64,000 nucleotides of DNA from the IMG/VR virus record IMGVR_UViG_3300034196_000151, one strand, 5' to 3'. The stretch comes from a virus (Duplodnaviria > Heunggongvirae > Uroviricota > Caudoviricetes). The position numbers and the translations under genes are program-made. Under the pieces are notes generated by a model, which did no database searches, had not been told where the DNA came from, and worked only from the letters and a program-made list of their open reading frames with translations. Positions 57,642 to 64,000 of this stretch are shown here, one piece after another. Every line of letters starts with the position of its first letter. The stretch's first letter is position 1.

Positions 57642-58061
57642 TTAGTCTACTTGTTTTTGCGTGTTTTTCAACACCCATTCTTCCCACTTTTGAACACGGG
57701 GCAAGCATGAAGACAATGCGTCTCTGTAATCTTTGTGAGATAAAGCAGAATCCAGCCGAACATGGGCCATATGATTTAAGTCAATGACGTCTTTTTGGGC
57801 GATATTAAGATCAATGATGTCACAACCACTGATGGTGAAAACATGCTCTTGATTGCCCACTAAACGGCCACCAAACAGGGAACGAGCGAGTAATGCCGCA
57901 AACTTACAGCTACCCGAACGATCACCATTGTAGACCATGCCACGCTCAAGGCACCGTTCTTCCCACAAGTAATCCAATGCAATGTTGACACGGATAAAGT
58001 TGTGTTCGGTGTAGGCGATTTTAGCAGGGTAAGTGCTACGAATGTCTTTAACTGAGAGCAT
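57642..58061 (-). CDS. hypothetical protein
   Basis: Start MLSVKDIR with GAAGG SD. Confidence 0.5.
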   Translation of the reverse strand: MLSVKDIRSTYPAKIAYTEHNFIRVNIALDYLWEERCLERGMVYNGDRSGSCKFAALLARSLFGGRLVGNQEHVFTISGCDIIDLNIAQKDVIDLNHMAHVRLDSALSHKDYRDALSSCLPRVQKWEEWVLKNTQKQVD

Positions 58062-58140
58062 GGTGCTGACCTTCAACCTAAATGTATAGGTAGATTATAC
58101 ACAAATTGACAATAAGACACAAGAAAAAACTTAAAAATGA

Positions 58141-58440
58141 TTAAGAATGAACATCCAGAATGGTTTCACAATCTTTAACCATCAATGCCATGTCAGCTTT
58201 AATGCTTTCAATTTTGGAAAAATCCTTTTCTTTCACTTTTTCAATCCAGACTTCAAAGCTGTTTCGATAATTTTTCTTCAAACTCTCAAAACCATTGACG
58301 AGTTGAGCCAACGAAAAACCTTTGCGGTAAAGAAACAGGCGACCACTCCATTCATAGGCAGTATAGCCATTGTCTTCAAAGACCAGTTTATAGGTTTCGT
58401 GAATAACGGCTTTGGTTGGTGCTGCAGTATGATAAGGCAT
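58141..58440 (-). CDS. hypothetical protein
   Basis: 99-aa ORF. Confidence 0.45.
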   Translation of the reverse strand: MPYHTAAPTKAVIHETYKLVFEDNGYTAYEWSGRLFLYRKGFSLAQLVNGFESLKKNYRNSFEVWIEKVKEKDFSKIESIKADMALMVKDCETILDVHS

Positions 58441-58533
58441 GATAAACCTCCAAAATTTTGTAAATTATACCACAAAACTTAAAAAAGATAAACAAAAAAC
58501 CCGCACTAGGCGGGCTTTTTAACACCGTTACAA

Positions 58534-58872
58534 TTAGTAGTAGGTGCGGTTATACATGCGGTTGGTGGTGCGGCGGAGCTGTTCTTCAAAAATCCGACGC
58601 TGACCACTCGACAAGCAGCGATCTCGGCTCTCTTCAATGTTAGCGATACGTTTCTGGAAGGTTTGTTGGGCTTTGACTGCTGACTTTTGAGAGGAAGCAA
58701 AGCGAACATCGGTTTCTTTCTGAATATAGGCATTCTGAGCCTTTTTATCAGCAGTCACAATGCATTTGCGTTCGATTTGACGCTCTTGATAAGAACCATA
58801 CTGACCAGAAGACATGCAGCCGGTCATCATTACAAGGGCAAGAGCAGCAAAAACAATTTTCATTACTTTCAT
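58534..58872 (-). CDS. lipoprotein
   Basis: MKVMKIVFAALALVMMTGC lipobox; AGAAGGA SD; type B structured leader upstream. Confidence 0.5.
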   Translation of the reverse strand: MKVMKIVFAALALVMMTGCMSSGQYGSYQERQIERKCIVTADKKAQNAYIQKETDVRFASSQKSAVKAQQTFQKRIANIEESRDRCLSSGQRRIFEEQLRRTTNRMYNRTYY

Positions 58873-58983
58873 GGTCGTATCCTTCTCGTATCAATTAAGG
58901 TCGAATGAGCAATTACAAGGGGAAAGGCTTACTGGGTTGCTCGCCCCTTGCTGCTTCGATGGAGTAATTATATCAATATCGAC

Positions 58984-59358
58984 CTAGATAATCAAGGTTT
59001 TTGGTTCATTTCTTTTAATAAGTTCGCAAAAAAAGCTGGTCATGAATTTGAGTTTCTTCCAAAAACCTTTTGGAGAAAATTGAGAACTGTGATAGGTATA
59101 CAAAGTATTTCCTTTCCAATGGTCAATCACCATACCACCACGAAAAATCATCAGAGTGACTGAGTTATAGTCATACTTGTAATAAGTGATTTTACCAGAA
59201 ACAGGATGAATAACTGGCTGACTGGTTGACTTGCTAAATTTAATTCTGGCTCCAACTCTGTTAAATTTGTCCTTGCTGAAATATTCAACAGGCAAAGAGT
59301 AACCAAGAATCATACCAACCAGAAATCGCATCAACAAAATTTGAAAGAAGATGATCAT
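58984..59358 (-). CDS. N-terminally anchored membrane protein
   Basis: 124-aa ORF with N-terminal TM helix. Confidence 0.45.
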   Translation of the reverse strand: MIIFFQILLMRFLVGMILGYSLPVEYFSKDKFNRVGARIKFSKSTSQPVIHPVSGKITYYKYDYNSVTLMIFRGGMVIDHWKGNTLYTYHSSQFSPKGFWKKLKFMTSFFCELIKRNEPKTLII

Positions 59359-59361
59359 GCA

Positions 59362-59733
59362 TTATTCCTCAATATAGCAACGTTTAACAATTTTAAGAGC
59401 TTTTTTAACTTCTTTTTCCCATTCTTTATCACTGACTTCAACGAGTGTTCTGACAAATTCCAGAGCTTTGGTTTCGTCCAAACCTAATACAAGGTCTTCA
59501 TCACTTTCATCAAGTACTACAATAGGTGGATAAGCTCCATCAATGTCGATTTGACAACCATCCAGAGACAGCCATGCATGTTCGATATTTTTTATCGACA
59601 AATCATCTTCTGTGCGAATTTGAATTTCACCACCAAACGTTCGCCACAAAGCGACTGCCAGAAAAATAGATTTTGCAGACAGGTATTCTTCTGAGATTTC
59701 ATTAGGAACGCTGTCTTTAATTTGTTTCATCAT
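59362..59733 (-). CDS. hypothetical protein
   Basis: Start MMKQIKD with TGGAGTG SD. Confidence 0.45.
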   Translation of the reverse strand: MMKQIKDSVPNEISEEYLSAKSIFLAVALWRTFGGEIQIRTEDDLSIKNIEHAWLSLDGCQIDIDGAYPPIVVLDESDEDLVLGLDETKALEFVRTLVEVSDKEWEKEVKKALKIVKRCYIEE

Positions 59734-59781
59734 GGGCACACTCCAAGTAGGCTTTGAGTATAACAAAAACTTAGAAATAAA

Positions 59782-60246
59782 TCAATCTTGAACGTAGTTT
59801 TTGAAGGGTTTTAGCCTGTCTTTTTGATAATGTTTGAACTTCCCAATAGTGATATGTCCTTGGTCTGTTCCCAAAACATTATAGTATTCACGAATTTTAA
59901 AAAACTCGGCTGAATAACAGTTTATCCATACATGGGAATCATTCCAGAACAATTCATGGGTGTAATGAAGTTCAACAGGCTGTTGGTCAAGCCAGCCCCA
60001 CGGTTTAGACGTGTCTGTATTGGTATAACCTTTCAAAACCGAACAATGCGGTTCCCAGTTGGGTTTATCTAACTCAACGCCATAACGCTGATAAAAAAGA
60101 TGGCGATAGTAGGCCGCAATATCCGTTTCTACGGTGATAACCGCCCAATGCTCAATGTTATTTTTCATTGTCCCACGGTCAGGGTCATAAACAATGGTGC
60201 CTTCCGTTTCAAATTCAAAACAACGATGTCTAAGTGTAAAGTTCAT
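59782..60246 (-). CDS. 2H phosphoesterase superfamily protein (LigT/CPDase-like; possibly Acb1-like)
   Basis: Two H-x-(S/T)-x motifs (EPHCSVLKG and GHITIGKF) ~65 aa apart in a 154-aa protein. Confidence 0.5.
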   Translation of the reverse strand: MNFTLRHRCFEFETEGTIVYDPDRGTMKNNIEHWAVITVETDIAAYYRHLFYQRYGVELDKPNWEPHCSVLKGYTNTDTSKPWGWLDQQPVELHYTHELFWNDSHVWINCYSAEFFKIREYYNVLGTDQGHITIGKFKHYQKDRLKPFKNYVQD

Positions 60247-60321
60247 AATAAAAATCTCAAAAAAAAAGGAGATCCGAAGATCCCCTTGATTATACAGTTT
60301 TTTGAAAGGGCCGTCAACCGA

Positions 60322-60846
60322 TTAGTCGGGTTGGGAACCAAGGAATACCGCACTTACATCAAGGCACAAGCCTTTGCGGTTTTTGTCGAAGTTAATATCG
60401 ACAAAGTTTTCAAGCCATTCTTTGTTGGCACGGCCTTTTTGTTGGCCTTTCGTATCTTCCATACGAGTAACAAACAGTTTCATACCCAAGAAGTGAGTGC
60501 AAACATACACAACATCTGCTTTTTCAAGCTCTCGGCAGAAAATGTCATGCGGTTCACGGTAAACGTCAGGGTCGATTTTGTTACCGACTTTTGCGGCAAG
60601 CTTGACGATAGCAGGCAGCGAAGTTGGCATGTCAATTTCATCAATTTCGATAGCGGCGGATCGGTTATCCTTAATAGCGGTCAACAGATATTTGGAAAGC
60701 GTGTTAGCTTTGTGGGCCTGATCCCTGAGCAAGAAGCTCAATCCTTTGATTTTGTTGGTCGCACCAGAAAACAGATCGTTGAGTTCGTCAACACTGATGT
60801 TTTTGTCTTCAATAATCAATGTCGCCTTGATTGTTTTATTAGCCAT
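60322..60846 (-). CDS. hypothetical protein
   Basis: Start MANKTIK; palindromic TGTATAAT promoter at 60878-60897. Confidence 0.5.
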   Translation of the reverse strand: MANKTIKATLIIEDKNISVDELNDLFSGATNKIKGLSFLLRDQAHKANTLSKYLLTAIKDNRSAAIEIDEIDMPTSLPAIVKLAAKVGNKIDPDVYREPHDIFCRELEKADVVYVCTHFLGMKLFVTRMEDTKGQQKGRANKEWLENFVDINFDKNRKGLCLDVSAVFLGSQPD

Positions 60847-60877
60847 TTGACACTCCAAAAATATGTTTATAAGAAAG

Positions 60878-60897
60878 AAACCTGATTATACAGGTTT
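60878..60897 (-). promoter_or_regulatory. -10 element inside a perfect palindrome AAACCTG-TATAAT-CAGGTTT
   Basis: Plus strand aaacctgattatacaggttt; 7-bp arms exactly flank the -10 for gene 60322..60846. Confidence 0.45.
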
Positions 60898-60960
60898 CCA
60901 TCATGTTTATCAACAAAAATAAGATTTAAAACTTAAAAAAATGAGTTCGATCTATTTTTT

Positions 60961-61251
60961 TTATGAAACGGCCCATTCATCTATATATTTTTTAAATTTA
61001 TGAAGAATGTCGTTCTCCATAGATTCAATTGTGCTAATAAGAACAGTCACAGTCATAGTTGGAATGGCGATTCCATCACAATCATAGGAAGTGTCGAATG
61101 CTTTAACTTCAACATAATGAGAATGCGGTTTTTTTACCTTGATCGCAAAGTCAAAATCAATTTCATTTTTCAACGATACTGGAAATAGATTTTCAACTTT
61201 TTCTTTGAAAGACAAATCATTTAGAAATGTTTCTATTTCAATAATTTCCAT
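60961..61251 (-). CDS. small protein downstream of tnpB with HUH-like and Tyr motifs (possible minimal Y1 HUH fold)
   Basis: 96 aa; KKPHSHYVEV (H-x-H followed by hydrophobic residues) and C-terminal KKYIDEW; starts 9 nt after the tnpB stop. Confidence 0.45.
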   Translation of the reverse strand: MEIIEIETFLNDLSFKEKVENLFPVSLKNEIDFDFAIKVKKPHSHYVEVKAFDTSYDCDGIAIPTMTVTVLISTIESMENDILHKFKKYIDEWAVS

Positions 61252-61259
61252 AACATGAA

Positions 61260-62996
61260 CTACCCCGCCCTGAAGGACGAAGTTTCTTGGGTTTTTGAAA
61301 CCTTTCCCAATCGCTGACGTTCATTGTCAACTTCAAACAAAGCGGTCAGCTTCACTCGCACGGTTTCTCTTTTCATTTTGGATGGACTGTACTGCCCATC
61401 TTTTAACAGGTGAAAAGTGAGACGAAGAACTTCTTCGGTTATTCTGTTTCTTACATTTTTTGCTGCATTCTGATCAGCGTCTTCTTTATGACCACAAAAA
61501 TTACAATGAAAACTTCTTCCTTGTCTGACTGTGTGTTCCACACAGTGACACTTTGAACAGGTTTTCGATGTATAACTTGGGGTGGTCAAATGAACTCGAA
61601 TGCCTTTATTATTCGCTTGTTCTTGAAACCAATCTTTAATACTTGATAATCTCAATAAGCGAATAAGCTTTGAATATTTTATATTTAATGTTTCATCTTT
61701 GATGAAAGAAGCTTTACATTGTGAAAGATTGAGATCTTCTAATACAATGTCGGTTATTCCATCATCTATTAGGCTTTTTAATGTCTTTGATATAAGTTCT
61801 TTAAAGTGAAATTCAACACCACCTAATAGCTTATTAAATTGGGTTTGTTCATAGGTTGTTAATTGTTTGAACCCTTTCTTTTCAAAAGATTGTAGAGACT
61901 TTACAACCTTTTGAAGATATTCACGATTATAATCAATGGCTATTTCTCGATCATGAAAAGCAATGGTGCAAAAGTTTGAAGCAACATTAATATCAATACC
62001 GCACACAGCTTTTTTATCAATGATACTGTCTTTTTCTAATGGTTTGAAGTATTCTTTTTCATCTTCATAGGTTAAGCCAATTTCAATTCTATTTTTTCGA
62101 TTAAGACGAACCGTATGAATAGCGTCAAGATCAAAATCATTAATATCGCCATGATATTTAGGATTGAAAGCCAATGGAACATGGATATGTTCCTTCCCAA
62201 TCCTAAAATTATACCAATATTTGTACTCATTTGTTTCATCAACATGAAGATAAGAATGTTTAGTTTGTCCGATTTTAGGTATTTTCATATAAGACCCAGT
62301 TGAAAACACAATCGGTGATTTCATGGATTGTAACATTCGTATCTGTTTTCTAAGTAAAAGTGCTTTAATTCTATCCCAAAGGAAAACTTCAACACCATCT
62401 GTCGTAAAATGTCTTTTAGTTCTTAATGCATTAAGTGTTGAATTAAAATTCTCTATGTCTTTAATTTTTTTTGGATTCTCTTCACTTTCTTTATGTGCTT
62501 TTAAAACAGAATCAAGCATAGAAGAATCAACATAGATTAACCAATTTGACAAATTGGTTAATGCAGTAGTTTTGTGAATCACTTCTGTTTTTTTAATATC
62601 ACCTTTTACTGCAATAACTTCACCCACACTGTTTGTAACTTTTCGCTTATATCGAGTGACTTTATATTCTTTTTGAATGACAAACTTTTGATTGTCGGTG
62701 AGTTTATCTACCCAATTAGAGTAAAAATCAATAATTTGTTGGTACATTTTTTGAACTTCCCAAGAATACAATTCAGGGCAATTGTGTTGTTTCGCATGGG
62801 AAATAAGTGTATTTTTAGAAGTCGAAGAAAGAAGTGAAAGTTTATGTTCAAAGACATATTGAGAAATTTCATTTTTAAGGGATTTAACAAAAGAAAAATG
62901 CTCAACAAAACGCTCTGTCTTCTTCGAATTGACAATCGAAGAAGCAGAAATACGTTTAGTTTTAATCTTTTTTTTGTCAGAGCTACCGTAAGCCAT
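61260..62996 (-). CDS. tnpB: TnpB/Cas12-like RuvC plus zinc-finger protein (IS200/IS605 OrfB superfamily; putative RNA-guided nuclease)
   Basis: 578 aa from ATG 62996 (AGGAAA SD); RuvC-I AVCGIDINV, RuvC-II ITDIVLEDLNL, Zn ribbon CSKCHC...CNFCGH followed by RuvC-III EDADQNAAKN; ~31% GC; the track's 12 extra N-terminal residues are a TTG read-through of the promoter. Confidence 0.75.
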   Translation of the reverse strand: MAYGSSDKKKIKTKRISASSIVNSKKTERFVEHFSFVKSLKNEISQYVFEHKLSLLSSTSKNTLISHAKQHNCPELYSWEVQKMYQQIIDFYSNWVDKLTDNQKFVIQKEYKVTRYKRKVTNSVGEVIAVKGDIKKTEVIHKTTALTNLSNWLIYVDSSMLDSVLKAHKESEENPKKIKDIENFNSTLNALRTKRHFTTDGVEVFLWDRIKALLLRKQIRMLQSMKSPIVFSTGSYMKIPKIGQTKHSYLHVDETNEYKYWYNFRIGKEHIHVPLAFNPKYHGDINDFDLDAIHTVRLNRKNRIEIGLTYEDEKEYFKPLEKDSIIDKKAVCGIDINVASNFCTIAFHDREIAIDYNREYLQKVVKSLQSFEKKGFKQLTTYEQTQFNKLLGGVEFHFKELISKTLKSLIDDGITDIVLEDLNLSQCKASFIKDETLNIKYSKLIRLLRLSSIKDWFQEQANNKGIRVHLTTPSYTSKTCSKCHCVEHTVRQGRSFHCNFCGHKEDADQNAAKNVRNRITEEVLRLTFHLLKDGQYSPSKMKRETVRVKLTALFEVDNERQRLGKVSKTQETSSFRAG

Positions 62997-63015
62997 TAGT
63001 TTTCCTATAAAAAGT

Positions 63016-63053
63016 CTTGCTAAATTATACAATGTATTCGATAATAAAGCAAG
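63016..63053 (-). promoter_or_regulatory. tnpB promoter TTGCTT-17-(TG)TATAAT flanked by a 13-bp imperfect inverted repeat
   Basis: -10 at 63024-63029, -35 at 63047-63052; arms tCTTGCTaaATTAT (63015-63028) and ATAATaaAGCAAGc (63041-63054). Confidence 0.5.
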
Positions 63054-63163
63054 CTAAAAAGTAAAGAAAACAAAAAAACAAGAAAATACTTATTCCCCAC
63101 CTGAAGGAAGGGTTTTTGTATTTTTTAGATTGCTTTCTGTCGGATAAAACCTCTTAAAATGAA

Positions 63164-63796
63164 TTATTTTTTCAAGCCAACCACATACATCAAAGCTTCT
63201 ACTTGCTCAATGCGAGAGTTGTCACATTGCACATGGAGGCTGAGTGATGGATACTTGTTGCCAGTAAGGCGATGAAACTCTCTCAGGAAGGATTGACGGA
63301 TTTCACCCACCAGCGGGTCAAAGTAGATGTAGTCAGTGCGTTGGCTGATTTCGCAATATTGAAAGCCAAGATTGTCATAGGCTTCTTGCAAAAAGTGAAG
63401 ATCCGCTTCTTCGATGATCTTTTTGCCCACTCGCATTTTTCGTGTCAACAGGCTTTCTGGAACATTGCGGATGTTGTCAAACAGTTTAGCTTTGAGTTCA
63501 GCAACTGCCAAATCCATTCGCTCATGTTCAAGCTTCCTTTCAAGCTGAGCCTGAGCGACAATGCGATTCATTTCAGTCAGCGAAGAAATAATGCTTTGAC
63601 GCAAAACTTCTACACGGCTGGGAAGCGTGGCTGTTTCAAAATTATTGAAAGCGTTCAAAATTTCATCTGGCCCAATGACAAACCCGTCTTCGGCGTAAAT
63701 GTCGAGAACATTCACAAGTGGCTGTCGATCTTTTTGAAGATTCTGAATTTGAATATCGGTGTCTTTTGCCAGTTGCTGAGCTTTTTCAGGGTTCAT
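63164..63796 (-). CDS. hypothetical protein, third member of the 36080/36850 family
   Basis: KMRVGKKIIEEADLHFLQEAYDNLGFQYCEISQRTDYIYFDP aligns with LIDKRKITPEDHATLVDVYKTLGITHY...RDIVYYNP. Confidence 0.5.
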   Translation of the reverse strand: MNPEKAQQLAKDTDIQIQNLQKDRQPLVNVLDIYAEDGFVIGPDEILNAFNNFETATLPSRVEVLRQSIISSLTEMNRIVAQAQLERKLEHERMDLAVAELKAKLFDNIRNVPESLLTRKMRVGKKIIEEADLHFLQEAYDNLGFQYCEISQRTDYIYFDPLVGEIRQSFLREFHRLTGNKYPSLSLHVQCDNSRIEQVEALMYVVGLKK

Positions 63797-64000
63797 GATA
63801 AATGTCCGTAGCTATTTAAGTATCGCTAGTATAACAGATAAAAACTATTTTTCAAAGCAATGAATTGACTGTTTAAATGAAAATAAATTTGATTTTTTTG
63901 ACTTATTGTAGTATTATCGAGACTATTTGAGAGGATTAACATGGACAAAAGGCGGATAGAAAATTATAAAAAGATGGCGGATAATTCTGCGGCCATAATC

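Noticed and set aside
62997-63032. N-terminal 12 residues (MYNLARLFIGKL) of the 590-aa track ORF for tnpB
   Set aside because: That stretch is a TTG-initiated read-through of the promoter itself (the codons spell TTG TAT AAT, which is the -10 element). The real start is ATG 62996 with an AGGAAA SD.
61263-63135. Sequence similarity CCCC.CC(C)TGAAGGA at 61263-61282 and 63103-63120 as possible IS left and right ends
   Set aside because: Only a ~9-mer core matches, which is expected by chance about once in 64 kb on both strands, and one copy is coding. It is kept as a weak hint inside the TnpB finding but not called as a feature.
1-64000. CRISPR array, rRNA genes, integrase or att sites
   Set aside because: No regularly spaced direct repeats, no rRNA-like conserved stretches, and no tyrosine or serine recombinase motifs were seen. 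The region looks like a lytic-phage early region.

Overview
The window reads as about 64 kb from the early/accessory region of a large virulent dsDNA phage (T4-like character), not a bacterial chromosome. Roughly 120 mostly small genes are packed almost entirely on the minus strand. Nearly every transcription unit has its own sigma70-type promoter, often an extended -10 TGnTATAAT that shows up on the plus strand as 'attataCCA', plus a Shine-Dalgarno site. Most end in an intrinsic terminator that has a UUCG (or GNRA) tetraloop on the minus strand and appears on the plus strand as an A-run followed by 'ccgaagg'-type hairpins. Recognisable genes include two tRNAs (Met/Ile-CAU and Leu-UAA), two Rnl1-type RNA ligases, a Nudix hydrolase, a cytidine-deaminase-family enzyme, two tandem HNH endonucleases, a GNAT acetyltransferase, a 2H phosphoesterase (possibly Acb1-like), prepilin-like proteins, several lipoproteins, an SPFH-domain lipoprotein and a DUF2807 beta-helix protein. 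There are many paralogous gene pairs and triplets. The most notable item is an AT-rich 578-aa TnpB/Cas12-like RuvC plus zinc-finger protein with an inverted-repeat-flanked promoter, sitting next to a possible minimal HUH-like ORF. Other items worth a second look are a 44-aa basic ORF present in three near-identical copies, two families of conserved 5' leaders shared by unrelated genes and the tRNA operon, a free-standing plus-strand candidate sRNA, and a duplicated terminator-promoter cassette following long 3' UTRs. Several plus-strand genes have low GC and look like acquired add-ons, and one higher-GC MarR-like gene looks host-derived. I found no CRISPR array, rRNA or integrase. Starts are approximate, several sub-60-aa genes are likely missing from the ORF track, and all functional calls come from motifs read by eye.
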